A DNA stretch of 62,507 nt, the filler included, from Bonamia ostreae (lineage: Eukaryota), in the NCBI GenBank assembly GCA_040357525.1. It is 16 parts of 16 records of this genome, joined end to end, with 100 filler letters (N's around TTAATTAATTAA, not from the genome) between each part and the next. Parts side by side here need not be neighbours in the genome. Positions count along the whole stretch, not along the records: positions 1 to 3,832 come from JBDODL010000412.1; positions 3,933 to 7,759 come from JBDODL010000413.1; positions 7,860 to 11,686 come from JBDODL010000414.1; positions 11,787 to 15,612 come from JBDODL010000415.1; 12 more parts are not named here. One strand, 5' to 3'. Numbering within the stretch: position 1 is the stretch's first letter; each line of letters starts with the position of its first letter. A program made the translations under genes and the position numbers. Positions 1 to 12,685 of this stretch are shown piece after piece. Below the pieces are notes generated by a model. The model was not told the origin of the DNA and did no database searches. It was given only the letters and a program-made list of their open reading frames with translations.

Positions 1-1740
1 AGTTTTTGACAAATTCGTTTTTTTGGCAAATTTTGAAAAAACTGATTTCAGTAATAATTGTCGGCGACTTTTGCTGACATTTTTTAGATTTTTTAAGCTC
101 AAATCGATTTTTTGGTTTGAAGAACTTGTCGATTTGGAATCGAAAATGCAATTTGATATCGATTTTGATATCGCCGAAAAATCAATTTTGTCGTCGTCAA
201 AATATTTTGAAGCAGAGACAAAAAATCTGATTAACGAAGACAAATCGTTTGAACTATAAAATTTTTCAACGACTGTCATTTTTAATATTTCTTCGCTAAT
301 TTTTTCGGTTTTTTCAGCCATTTTAGTCGAAATTTGAAGAACTAACGAAATTGCCAAATGTTCCAAAATTGTTGTCGTTTTGCAGTTATGCAATTTTTCA
401 GCGGAAGAGAGCATTTTGGAGACCATTAAATTCCAATTTCCGTCGCAAAATATTGCTTTTTTTGGTTCGCTGTCAAGAATTTTTAGCTATTTTGGGTTGA
501 AAAATTGGTCAAAATAACTTGTAAATAAATCATTTCTTCGGCCAAAATTCGGTTTTGCAAATTTTGGGGATTTTTTGCAAATGCTTCAACAACGTAAAAA
601 GTACTTTCAAAGAGACAAATCAAAAATTTGTCTTCAGCGAAATTCAATTTTTCGAGAAGAAAATCGATTATTTGGACATAAACCAATTTAGATTCTGCGG
701 AACCGTTTTTAATGTGATCAAAAATATGAACAAAGTTGTTCGAAAAATATGAAATCAGTTCCTTTTGTGGAATTTTCGTGATAACAAACAAAAGATATTC
801 CAGAAAAAGGGAATCGATTTTGTCGCCACTTTCGATTTTGTCGAAGAACATTTTTAATAATTTTTTTGTTACAGAAAAATTGTCTTTTGTTTCTATTGTT
901 ACAAAGGATTGCAACAACGATTTTAAACAAAATCGGTTTTTGGGGCAATTTTTTCTGTTCAAATGATTGGGCAACAGAACCAAAATGTCTTTAATGGCGT
1001 CAAAATCTGATTTGGAAATTTTGAATTTTATCAAATTTAGGAGATTTGATATTTTTGGAATCGTCTGAAAGAAATTTCTTTTTGCCATTCGAGTGCACTT
1101 TTTGCGTTTTAGAAGAATTAAAATTTTAATGAAAATTTTCTTGAAAAACAGCGGGAAAAATTTCGAATTCGAAATTTTTAAGATTAATAAATTGGTCGAA
1201 AAATGTCTTAAAATAATTTTTGTCTTCGCTCGAATTTTCGTTTTGGACGAATTTAATAAAGAGGTTTTGAAAAGTCGGCACAAAATTTATTTTTAGCAAT
1301 TTATCGTCGTTTTTAGACGATTTTAGAAGTCGGCAAAATATTTCAGCGGAAAAGAAAAAGGGATTTTTTGAATGGAGCGATTTTTCGATCGCTTCAAACA
1401 TAAATTCCAAAAAAGGGATTTTATGCTTTGAGAATTTTGATATTTTTAGAGAATGATAAATCGCTTGTTTTTCAGGCGCATTTTCGATTAGTCGACAAAA
1501 AGAAAGAACAGCGCTTTTGAAGTTTTCATTTGTTTTGTCTAAAGTTAAGTTTTTGTTTCGTATTAGAAAATTTGCGAAAAGTTTAAGAAGAGCGATTTTG
1601 TCGTATTCGGACAATTTTGGATTTTTTGAAAGCTCGATAAAATAATTTAGGTCTTCGGACTTTTGTTTTGTTTGATTTTTGGAGGGCGTTTTAATTTCAG
1701 ATTCTGTTTTAGTTTGTTTGATATTTGAATTGAGGGCCAT
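1..1740 (-). CDS. Large alpha-helical (HEAT/ARM-like) protein, 3'-truncated; weak resemblance to the GCN1 N-terminal region
   Basis: ATG at 1740. ORFs 1126-1740 and 483-1283 join via a GTTTTTC..CAAAAAG intron (FEIFPA|CTRMAKRN). A further 32-nt intron near 487-518 leaves the frame open to the scaffold start. Product call is tentative. Confidence 0.4.
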
Positions 1741-1815
1741 TTTAAAATAGCAAAAAAATTAAATCGAAATTTTATTCCGATTTACTAATTTTTAAAATTT
1801 AGTTGTTTTGATGGA

Positions 1816-3344
1816 TCAGTGCAAAAATTTATTTTCGTAAAACATTGTCCCAAAATCTGTTTCGTCTCTGCACAAAATCAGATCCGATTCTGCTTCCATA
1901 ATCAAATCACTTTTTAAAATTTTGTGTGTGCAAACTTGGCGATGCCATAAGAAAGGCCAAAAATGCTGCAAATTTCAAAAACAGTAAAATGTTCTTTTTC
2001 CTTCGCAAATTTTTCAAATTTCTTGTAAAGTGTTCTTTTTTCAAATATTTCCGTCAAAACAACTGCGTTCAAACCGGACGAAAATTTCTTTAATTTCATT
2101 TTTTTGCTTTTTTCGTCGACTATTCTAAGTGCGTTTATCAGATCGTCTTTTTGGAAATTTTTATAAATTTGGTTTTTGTGGCGGAATTTGCGATTTTGGT
2201 AAAAACCGGGTGAAATAAAGTTTGTTACTTTAGTTTTGTTGTAAATACAGAAAATCTCGGTCAAAGACAAAATCCCATCTTTTGTTTCTAATGGCCTTTA
2301 AATTTTGCAAAATTGATTAAAAATGCAAAACTTATCAAAAAATGAACAAAATTTGGCAATTTGTAATTAAATTGTTTATAAAAATTTTTTTATCGAAAAA
2401 CGAGAAATCAAAATTTGATAATTTATTGTTTTATGCAAAATTTATCGAAAAACGAGAAATCAAAATTTGGCAATTTGTAATTAAATCGTTAAAAAGAATT
2501 TTGCAAAATTTATCGAAAAACGAGAAATCAAAATTTGATTATTTGTAATTAAATTGTTTATAAAAATTTTTGTAATTAAATCGTTTAAGAAAATTTTTGC
2601 AAAATTTGTCGAAAAACGAGAAATGAAATTTGGCAAAAATCAAACCTTATTAAAAAATCTTCCATCTGTTCAGCTAAAGCTAAATAATATTTCGACCCCA
2701 AATTCTTTTTAGAAATGTGAGAAACAATTCCCAAATCGCCAAACAAATCGTCGATCTCTTCATTTTGAGAATTTTTAAGTTTTTTGGCCAATTCTACCAT
2801 TTCCTCTGCGTTATTTAATAAAGATTTGATGTCTTCAAATGATTTGTCCATTAAGACATTTTCGTTTTTGATTTTCGTTTGTTTTTTCGATATCAAATCG
2901 GCTACTCCAGCGATTTTAAAATTTTCCGTTTGATTGATTTGGGACGTTTTTGATATTTTGTTTAACTAAATCTAAAATTAAAACTTTTTTTGATTTATCG
3001 TTAAGTAAAGTTTCAATTGCTTTGTAAAATTTTGTAGAGCCTTTCTCATTGAAAACAAAATTAAGATGAAAAGTTTCACCAAAATTCATTGTAACCATCA
3101 CATGGCTTTTCTTAAATAAAAATTTTTTGTGTGCAAAATCGACAATTTTGTCGATTTCCAAAACAAAATTTTGCTTTGAGTCCCCCAAAACTATTTTGGA
3201 ATCTGTCAAATAGAGCATTTGAAATAATTTTGCTTTTGAAGCCATTTTCAAAGTTACATTTCCAACCTGTAAAATTGCCCTGTTCGACAATGAACTATTT
3301 TTTTCGTTTGTTTTGTGGAGTTCAAGAAATTTTGCAAAGTCCAT
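1816..3344 (-). CDS. VPS36: ESCRT-II subunit VPS36/EAP45 (GLUE + winged helix), multi-exon
   Basis: Motifs SFEDIKSLLNNAEEMVELAKKL, YYLALAEQM, GILSLTEIFCIYNKTKVTNFISP and C-terminal LILCRDETDFGTMFYENKF. Includes 350-nt intron 2296-2645. TGA stop at 1816-1818. Confidence 0.85.
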
Positions 3345-3832
3345 TTTGTGCACAGAATTTCTTTTTGTTTGAAATGGATTTTTTTATTAGTTATGTTAAG
3401 ATTACGTGTCTAAAAATTGATTTATATTTTAAATAAGCTAAAATTTGCTAATTTTCACTTTTATATCTGTTCAAAATGGTCCAAAATTTTAGCAAATTTT
3501 TTAATTTTTGGGAAATTAAACGAAATTTCAATTTTAACGAATTTGAGAATTACAAATTACAATTTTAATTGATGTTGTTTCGTGGAATTTCGAATTAATA
3601 TTTAAAACCAAAATAGAGATTTAAAATATAAAAATTTCTTTTCAAAACAAGAAAAATTTAAAAAATAGTTTCGAAAATAATGGAATCACTGGAATTCTAT
3701 TTATTCACTGTTTTTACAAAATAAAAAAGTCTTTTTATGTTTTTGTTGGCGTAGTCTTCTTTTATGGATTTCCACTTTGTTTTTTAGTAGGTAGGTTTTA
3801 CTGTATCAGATTTGCTTATCTAGATCAAATCG

Positions 3833-3932
3833 NNNNNNNNNNNNNNNNNNNNNNNNNNNNNNNNNNNNNNNNNNNNTTAATTAATTAANNNNNNNNNNNN
3901 NNNNNNNNNNNNNNNNNNNNNNNNNNNNNNNN
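3833..3932. other. Artificial scaffold linker (N44-TTAATTAATTAA-N44), first of 15
   Basis: Identical linker also starts at 7760, 11687, 15613, 19537, 23458, 27374, 31286, 35198, 39109, 43019, 46926, 50829, 54724 and 58616. It has stops in all six frames, and scaffold lengths fall from 3832 to 3792. Confidence 0.98.
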
Positions 3933-5850
3933 CAACATTTTTGTACAAAATTTTGAAATTTCTAATAATCGAAAAGTGGTTTTATTCTGAAATATTTTAA
4001 ACTTTTTCCCAAAACACGGACATCGATGTCCAGAAAAGGACTAACACTGATATTTCTCGGATCGCTGAGCGTCAGATTCTTAAACGTAAACCGCTCGGTC
4101 CATTTCAGCCGCCGGGTCACATATTTGGACTGAATGTGTTCCGTCTTGTACACCATCCTCGTCCCTTTCACTCCCACCACGCAATGCCAGGAATAGCCCA
4201 AGTCGTCTTGGTACAGACTCCCCCTCTCCAACATCAGCGGCACCGCGTAATCCGGCTCTTTCGGCGCCGGCGTGTCCCAAACGACTTCTTTTATTTCCAC
4301 GCACAAAGAGCCTTCCGTCACAGTGCTCAATTGGCCATACTTGATCAAATCTCCGGCGGCGCGCATTTGCTCGATTTTCCTCGATTTGATTTTAAAGCTT
4401 TTGGAGCGCGGATAAATAAGTCCGGTCCAAATGGTTTTTTTGAGGAGCGGTTCGATGATTTTGGAGAGTTTGGGGACATAGCTGATTTTGATCGAGCCGG
4501 TTTTGAACGAGAGGGCGAAGTCGAATTTGGGGTAATTGAGGAAAGAGAGAGTGTAGCGAGAGAAGCCGGGGATCAAGTTTACGAAGTCGCAGAGTTTTAG
4601 AAGGACTGATCCGGAAAGGTAGATCTGTAGATAAGAACATTTTTTTGTTTTCGAAGCAATTTTTTGTTTTTTGTAGTTATTTTTTCAATACAATTTTTTG
4701 AAAGGATTTTTGTTTTTTGGAATGTTTTTTGAAGCAATTTTTGTTTTTCAATACAATTTTTTGAAGCGATTTTTGTTTTTTTGGAATGTTTTTTGAAGCA
4801 ATTTTTGTTTTTCAATACAATTTTTTGAAAGGATTTTTGTTTTTTTGGAATGTTTTTTTGCAGCAATTTTTGTTTTTCAATACAATTTTTTGAAAGGATT
4901 TTTGTTTTTTTTGAATAATTTTTGATTTACAATTTTTGTTTTTCGATACAATTTTTTGAAAGAATTTTTGTTTTTTTTTGAATAATTTTTGATTTACAAT
5001 TTTTTGAAAGGATTTTTGTTATTTAAGACGATTTTTATTGAGTAAATATTTAACAAATTCTTAAACAAAAAAACTTTTGAAAGAATAACAGTGGCTTTGA
5101 TGTTTTTGTAACCAGCAGTTAATCCAAATTTCATATCTTCCGAAACAAAAACAAATTCAATTTGCAGTGCACAATATTTTTGGTCACATTCGCTATAGTC
5201 ATGAACAATATGTCTTGAACACATATCACATTTCACTTCACATGTTTTTATACCTTTTTGTAACAAAAATTGCAATTACAATTTTTTAGAAAAAGCTAAA
5301 ATTTAGTTTGAGACCAGAAACTAATGGAGGAGAGCTTCCCAGATCGAAGACATTGACAGAAAGATGAGACAATTTTTTGTATTTATTTTTTTGTACTTCC
5401 AATTTCCAATCCAGTTTCGCTCTTATTTTTTCTTCAATCGATAATTTCAAATGTGGATTCCAAAGCACATAAATAATGTGATTTATAAATCGAGCTTTTT
5501 CGTATTCTAATTTTATTATTTTTAAAATTTTGACATATTTTATTATTTTGACAAATTTTATTATTTTGAAAATTTTAATTTTTCGACAATTTTTGTCAAA
5601 ACCGGGAAACATTAGCCATTTCGGAATATCGTTTTTGGGTGGTTTGGGGCAAGAAGATAGATAATCAATCATATTAGTCTGTGAGATTTTTTCTTAAATT
5701 TTGCAAAAAAAAACTTTTCGAATCCGTCTCCGCCAAAAATTGGTCGTACAACAAAATTAACAAAATGAGCAAAAGAAGCGTCGAAAAACCGCTATAAGCC
5801 GTGATGAAATAAACAAAAATGGAGAACAAAATTATTTTCAACGTTGCCAT
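3933..5850 (-). CDS. Extended synaptotagmin/tricalbin-like protein (N-terminal TM hairpin + SMP + C2), probably 3'-truncated
   Basis: Hydrophobic N-terminus; DIPKWLMFP..YEKARFINHII..LW, FDLGSSPPLVSGLK, SFLNYPKFDFAL and LIYPRS are SMP-like; a C2-like beta region follows. Introns 5693-5714 (22 nt) and 4625-5074 (450 nt, ILSK|IYLSG). Confidence 0.75.
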
Positions 5851-6166
5851 TTGTGTTTTGTTATTTAATAGTCTCAAATATAAAAAAGAAACTTGGAAAT
5901 TATTTTTACAATTATCTCTAGTTTTCTACAAATAAAAACGTTTTTTAGTTTCTCTAACTGGAATCTAAGCGAATTTTGCGACATTAAGCTAAATAAGTTA
6001 TTTAGCCGAATTATATGATGAATCTTTATACTAATTCTTTTTTTGTAAATCATGAGCTTTAATTTTTACAAAACTGTAAATGTGAATTTTTGAAAATATA
6101 ATTTTTAAAATTTAAGCTAAATCAAACTTTACTTTTAGTCAAATTTAGCAAACCAATTTGCAAAAA

Positions 6167-7266
6167 ATGACAGAAAAAGTTTTTTATTGATAAAATTACA
6201 AACAAAAAGAAAAAAGAGCAAACAGAAAAAGACTTTGAATACGAAAAGTTGATTTCCGACGATGAATTGGTTTACAATATCAGAATGTCAAATTTCATCA
6301 AATTCGACAAAAACCCTTTTCGTTTCAATGAAAACGGGAAAAAAGTCGATTTTGATTCAAATAAAGACGAAAACGGGAATTTTGTTTTGCGCTGGCGAAA
6401 CAATTTTAAAAATGACAAATTCTTTAAAGAAAGCAATTCTCGATTTGTAGAATGGTCAGATGGATCCAAACAACTTGTAATCGGAACAAAAGCTTTCAAT
6501 GTTTCCACGGAATCGCTTCCCAAAAAATCTTATTTGTTTTTGAGAAAGGAAAAGGACAAACACATTTTATTGAAATCGATTAGCAAACAGCTTATCGTAC
6601 AAAGCACGTTAAAAAGACTGAAACAATAATTTGCAATTTTAACTTTAAAAAGAGCAAATTTTGGCATTTTAAATTTGACTTTGAAAAGACTGAAACAATA
6701 ATTTGCAATTTTAACTTTAAAAAGAGCAAATTTTGGCANNNNNNNNNNNNNNNNNNNNNNNNNNNNNNNNNNNNNNNNNNNNNNNNNNNNNNNNNNNNNN
6801 NNNNNNNNNNNNNNNNNNNNNNNNNNNNNNNNNNNNNNTTTTAAATATAACTTTGAAAAGACTGAAACAATAATTTGCAATTTTAACTTTAAAAAAGAGC
6901 AAATTTTGGCAATTAAATAACAAAAAAGCAAAGAAACGGCATTGAAAAGATTTGTTGCTAAAGAAAAAATCGCAAAAATTGAGCCGATTGCCCCTGAAAG
7001 AGCTACAAACGAATCTGTTGATCAATTGCGAAGAGTTTTTATCAACAAAAATTACTTATTATAAAAAGAAAGAAAGTGCAAAGTTAAAAATGCAAAAACG
7101 TTTAAATGATTTGGAAACGTTGCGAGGAAAAAGTTTGGCCGAAATTGAGTTGACCAAACAGTTTTTGGAAGAAGACTTTTCCAACTCAATTTCTTCAGTT
7201 TCATCGATCGACGATTCTTCAAATTCTGACGATTTTGGAAAAAATGATGAAGCAGAATTTGATTAA
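6167..7266 (+). CDS. LEO1: PAF1 complex subunit Leo1
   Basis: ESNSRFVEWSDGSKQLVIG Leo1 motif and acidic C-terminus. Introns 6179-6209 (31 nt), 6608-6928 (repeat-filled, spans an assembly gap) and a ~34-nt intron near 7035. Confidence 0.8.
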
Positions 7267-7376
7267 ATTTTTAAAATGCACTTTTTCTAAATAAAGCGCC
7301 AAAATAATATTTGTAAAACAACGAGAAAATAAGATTTTTTTATTGTTTTCAATAACAAAATTTTGATACTTTTGAT

Positions 7377-7759
7377 TTAACAGCGATGTTTGATCCAATT
7401 TACAGTTTTCTCGAAAACAAAGTTAGCCTTCGAGTCAAAAAACAATCCATGACGTTCTTTTTTAAACAACTTCAATTCTTTATCTCCGCACTTCAAATCT
7501 TTGAAAAATTTCTTTGTGTCTTTGCTACTTGTTATCTTGTCTTTCTTTCCGTGCATAACCAAAATCGGTTTGTCCAGATTCTTTGCGAATTCTAAGTTCA
7601 TTTTGCTCGCCCACAGCAATTGCTGCGTCGTTCTCAATCGTGCGCGGCAATGATAAGTGAGTGGATACGCACTGTATTTTTAATTAGTTAAAAGAAAAGT
7701 GTTCCAAAAAATTTTAGTGACAACGACAAAACAAAATTCAACAACGAAGAAAACAACAA
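7377..7759 (-). CDS. Alpha/beta hydrolase (monoglyceride lipase/lysophospholipase-like), C-terminal part
   Basis: PILVMHGKKDKIT...DKELKLFKKERHGLF carries the catalytic Asp and His region; 5' end lost at the scaffold edge. Confidence 0.75.
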
Positions 7760-7940
7760 NNNNNNNNNNNNNNNNNNNNNNNNNNNNNNNNNNNNNNNNN
7801 NNNTTAATTAATTAANNNNNNNNNNNNNNNNNNNNNNNNNNNNNNNNNNNNNNNNNNNNAAAGATAAACGAATATGTTTAATATAAAAAAAGAAAAAGAG
7901 AATTTAAAACAACTAAAAATTTAAAATTTTTAACAAATAT

Positions 7941-8540
7941 TTATTCAATATTCGTCCACCCATTTTCGATTTTAACCGCTTTCAGCTCTTCTTTCGTAAA
8001 ATCGTTTTCGATTCCAAAACATTCTCTGATAGCTTCGACACTTTTCCCTTTTATCATTGTCGCCACTTTGGCGCAACTCAAATCCAACAAATCTCTGATG
8101 TCCAAGTAATTTGCGGCCAAAATGATTTTAAACAATGAAGACTGGTCCATTTCGATAAAATTCGCGTCCCATTCCGGGACGATCTCTCGCATGTTTTTGC
8201 TTTTTAAAGGCGTTGGAATTGGTTCGAAGGGGACATTTTTGTGATATTTTAAGAATTCGATTACTTTTTTGAGTTCGCTCGAACCGACGTTTATTAACGG
8301 AATCGCTCTTTCGGTGCGATCTTTTGAATGACCCGAATTTGACATTTGCACAAATAAAAATTTTTATTGTCGTTTTTTGGTATTTAAACCTCCTTCCCAG
8401 ATTGTTCTGATCAATGAAGATTTCATTGCGATGTCGATGTCGATCGGATGAGATTCTTCTTCTTTGCTGAGCAGATTTAGTGTTTTCTGTTCAGCGTCAT
8501 TTGCGGATTTTGGATTTTTCTCTTTGTTCGTTTTATCCAT
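7941..8540 (-). CDS. SKP1: SCF ubiquitin ligase adaptor Skp1
   Basis: IPLINV..ELKKVIEF, EWDANFI, LILAANYLDI-like, CAKVATMIKGKS, FGIENDFT. One 69-nt intron 8321-8389. Confidence 0.95.
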
Positions 8541-8629
8541 AATCGGATTTTTGCTTTTTAATATATTGGAATTTTTATGCTAATTTGAAATTTTTGTGTC
8601 GCGATTTTGCTGATTCTCCGGAACAAGAA

Positions 8630-8955
8630 ATTATTACAAATTTACGATATTTTCGATTTTTGTACGTTTTAGATAAATTTGCAATATTTTGTGATTGAAT
8701 TTACAAAATTTTGAGATTTTTGTACTCAATTTTGATAAAATTTGCAATATTTCGTGATTTTTGCGCTTGTTTTAGAAAAAATTTACGATGTTTTTGAACG
8801 TTTTAGATAAATTTGCAATATTTTGTGATTGAATTTACGAAATTTTGAGATTTTTGTACTCAATTTTGATAAAATTTGCAATATTTTGTAATTAAATTAA
8901 CGATATTTTGTGATTTAATTTACGATATTTTGTGATTAAATTTACGATATTTTCC
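8630..8955. repeat. Imperfect intergenic tandem repeat
   Basis: Repeated ttttagataaatttgcaatattttgtgattgaatttac and tttacgatattttgtgatt units. Confidence 0.75.
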
Positions 8956-8982
8956 AAAAAACTTTTTCAAATTTTAATAAAA

Positions 8983-10271
8983 TTACAAAAATTTAATAAT
9001 TCCGTCAATACTTATGCGCTCTAACGGTTCTTTGCAAAGCATTTTTTCCAAAAGCGCTCTAAATTTATCTGAAACGTCTTCTTCAGCAAAAGCAATCGGC
9101 TTATTGTTTATGTTATTAAAGACGTCATTCCTTTTTTCCGCGTCAAAAGGCGCAAAACCAAAACGCAAAACAAAAAGCAAAACTCCAAAACTCCAAACTT
9201 CAGCTTTAAACGGGCAATATTCTGGCTTCCCTGTCTCTGGAGCCATGAAATTTGGTGTTCCCGCATTATTTGATGAAAATATCGGACTTATGTTTTCAAA
9301 GCTTTCCGATATACTAAAATCAATTAACGAAATGTCTTCATTGTCGTTATTGATCAATATATTTTCTATTCATTATTATTCAAAACCTGGTTTAATGTCT
9401 CGATGAGCGACATTTTTGTCGCGCACTTTTTAATTTTCAAAATCAAAAAAAAATTTAGTAAAATAAAAATGGGCGAATTCAAACTGAAAAACAATATTTT
9501 ATGATTTCGGAAAGACATTTTGCGATTTGGAAAACGCCCTTTTCCGTAAAAGTCGATCCGTTTGAATCGAAAAGACGTTTGGCTGCAGCACTTACAGAAA
9601 ATTTGCGATCGATTTTATTCCAGTTCATTAAATGATTTTCTCCACAATAGTCCAAAACTAATAAATTTAAAGTTGTTTCGCTCTAAAATATTCATTTTGT
9701 TGCAAAAAGTCATCAAAAATGGCGATTTTAGATACAATTTTATAGCAAAATTTTATAAAAATGGAGATTTTAATTAGAAAAAATTTATAAAGAATTATCA
9801 AAAATGGCGATTTAGATTAACATTTATTGCAAAATTTTATAAAAAATGGCGATTTCTAAAGAATATAAACCCAAAATCATTTCGTCGTTACTCTTTAAAA
9901 TTTCGTGCAAAGAAACAATATTTTTGTGCTTTAAAGAAGAAATAATTTTGGCTTCGTTGACAATTTTATCTCTTTTTCGGACATGTTTCATTTGCTTTTG
10001 TCCCTTTGAATTCTCTTCTAAACGAATATTTACAACTTTATCGACTTCGTATTGAGGATAAACTTTGAGCGCAAATTTTTTGCTGTTTTTCGTGGCCAGA
10101 TAAACTTTTGTCGTGGATCCACGACTAATCTTTATTTAAATTTAGTAAAAATGCTGTTTTGAAATTTAGTCAATTAAAATTTAGAACCAATTTTACCTTT
10201 TTAACTAATTTGTATTCATTGTAATAATGACCCCAACACGTTTTTGATTCAACCAAATTATAAATTTCCAT
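8983..10271 (-). CDS. Ser/Thr protein kinase, CAMKK/GRIK-like
   Basis: ISRGSTTKVY, FALK, LKHKNIV, HRDIKP|ENIL (21-nt intron 9366-9386), DFSIS, AGTPNFMAPE, EVWSFGV, ERI. Also a 213-nt intron 9658-9870. Confidence 0.85.
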
Positions 10272-10461
10272 TTTAAGCTTTTTAAAGCTTTTAAATTATA
10301 ATAATATATTGGGTACTGTTAATAAACAGCGAGAAAAGAAGTTGCATTATTAAATTACTAAAAAATCAATTTTGGGACATTTTAAATAATAAATTTAAAC
10401 GTTAAACAAAAATAATATAACCAATTTGTTGTTTAGACGAAAATAATTTATTTAGCCGAAA

Positions 10462-11686
10462 ATGACCGCAATTTTTTTAAAATTTTGCAATAATAACTTT
10501 AATAAACTACAAAAAATTTGCAGATTTCGCCGCTCATTCTCAACTGTCCACCCCCTTTTGGCCATTTCCCCTATAGACGGTCGTTACCGCAACAAAACAG
10601 AAAAATTATCAAAAATATTTAGCGAATTTGGATTAATAAGAAATAGGTTCACTTTCAAAATTTTAAAAAGAGTTTTCACCGAAATCAAATGGATTAAAAA
10701 ACTTTCGACTCTTTCTAAAACAAACGAACAAATTCCGGTTTTAAGCAAAAATGGCGAAAACGAGCTAAAAAATATTGCGGAAAATTTTAGTCTGAAAGAT
10801 GCGGAAGAAGTTAAATTGATCGAGACTAAAATAAAACATGACGTTAAAGCAGTCGAATATTATTTGCGGAACAAGTTTTGCAAATCGGAGTTTTTAAAGC
10901 CTTTTGACCAATATATTCATCTGTTTTGCACATCGGAAGATATAACGAATGTGTCTTATGCTTTGTCGTTAAAAGAAAGCAGAGAAATTTTGATTGATAG
11001 AAAATCAGTGATTTTGGCCCAATTGGAAGAAATGGCATTTAAAGTATAAAATTTTTGTGATTGAATTTTATTTAAAAACGATTTTTTGAGATTGAAATAT
11101 TTTATTTTTACGATTTTTTGTTATTGAAATATTTTTTTTATTTTTTGAAAAAACGCTTTTTTGTGATTGAATTTTTTTATTTTTTGAAAAAATAATCTTA
11201 TTATCTTCAAAAATGAGTACAAAGATTTAGCAATGATATCTAGAACACACGGACAAGCCGCCAGCCCGACAACACTCGGAAAAGAAATTGCTGTTTTTGC
11301 AAATAGATTAAACAAACAATTATCGATTTTCAAAAAAATTCCGATTTCGGCTAAATTTAACGGTTTAACCAATTATGGCTAAATTTTACTAATTTGTTAT
11401 TTAAAAAAGGCGCTGTCGGTAATTTCAACGCACATCGTTTATCAATGCCAAATGTTGATTGGATAAATTTTACAAAAGAATTTATTGAAGTTTTATACAA
11501 AAAAGCTAAATTTTAAATGAATTTTTACGAAAAAGCTAAATTTGATTAAAAACTATTTAAAAAAGAACGATTTGGAATTAAACTGTACTTATCTGACAAC
11601 ACAAATAGAAGTTTTTGCTAAATTTTAATAATAAAAATTAGCCAAATGACATGGTTTCGGTTTATTTGGACTGCTTGAAACGATTT
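10462..11686 (+). CDS. ADSL: Adenylosuccinate lyase (E. coli/plant PurB-type), 3'-truncated
   Basis: ISPIDGRY, HDVKAVEYYL, CTSEDI, RTHGQAASPTTLGKE, GAVGNFNAH, TTQIE|PND. Introns include 10647-10670, 11044-11217 and 11611-11641. Confidence 0.95.
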
Positions 11687-11786
11687 NNNNNNNNNNNNNN
11701 NNNNNNNNNNNNNNNNNNNNNNNNNNNNNNTTAATTAATTAANNNNNNNNNNNNNNNNNNNNNNNNNNNNNNNNNNNNNNNNNNNN

Positions 11787-12579
11787 TCGACTGTCGGCTA
11801 AATTTTTATTCAAATTTTGGTGTTAAAAGTTGTGACAATATTTTTATTTTTGGCAAATTTTGAAAAAAATAAAGACATTATCGTTGTTAATAAAAAGCGA
11901 ATTGGCGGTTTCCGCAACTTTTTTAACATAATTTTGCCGGCGCTCCATTCTCAGCCTCGAAAACCGCACTGCGGATTGCCCTCCGCGGCCATGTTTTTTC
12001 GGCAAATCGACACTGAATTTGTGTATAACGGTTTGAGTGCTGCCACAGAGAGTGCCGTAAAGACAACCGTTTCCGTCCATTATTATGAAGCCAAAAGTGT
12101 TTTCCTCTTCCAACAGTTGGTGAAGTGCTTCCGTGTGGAACTTGTTGTCGCAAAGGTAAAGAGACGTGTTGATCGGTTTAAATGGCTCAAAATCGAGATT
12201 GAATTTTTTTTCTTTGTCGTCCTCGTTTAAGATCGTGCCGCAATACAGAATCAATCCATTTGGCGGCACTTTGCTGTAATTTTTCAATATCTGTATCGCC
12301 GAAGTGATCGCTGAAAGAACGGACAGTCGATTTACGCGGGATTTGATGTTCGACGCTGTTCCGTATTCATCGCTATTTTTCGTTAGAATTGGTGGTTTCG
12401 AAACCTTAGAAGTTTGCTTACTCTGGGAATTTGATCTTTCGGCGGTATTATTAAAGATATCATGCTGGTTCCGTTGCTTTTAATTATTTGTTTTACCCTT
12501 TCGCGTTTGTGAGGTCTTTGATCATCTTTTTGACCTTCCATTGTTCGACCAACCGTTCGCTGTCAAAGTTTTTAACCAT
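11787..12579 (-). CDS. eRF1: Eukaryotic peptide chain release factor 1, 3'-truncated
   Basis: After removing introns 12477-12496 (20 nt) and 12373-12404 (32 nt): [41 protein letters not shown]. Confidence 0.97.
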
Positions 12580-12685
12580 ATTAGAGCTTTAACTATTAAA
12601 TTTTTTCAATATAATGTAAAGTCTAATTTTGCAGATTTGGAATTTTTGTTGTGTAGAATGTGTGTTAAAAATTAGAATTTGAACT

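Noticed and set aside
4080-4640. Overlapping and antisense ORFs here and at 14412-15222, 17504-18290, 22559-23044, 36304-37115 and 41325-42143
   Set aside because: Shadows of real genes with GC-richer codons; no independent motifs.
2342-4866. Repetitive K/I/F-rich ORFs (2342-2548, 4597-4866; also 6530-7025 and 60887-61090)
   Set aside because: Translations of intronic tandem repeats.
11787-12579. Possible stop-codon reassignment or frameshifting, since many genes look interrupted
   Set aside because: Each interruption I examined is resolved by a short GT-AG intron; eRF1 GTS, NIKS and YxCxxxF motifs are standard; both TAA and TGA terminate genes.
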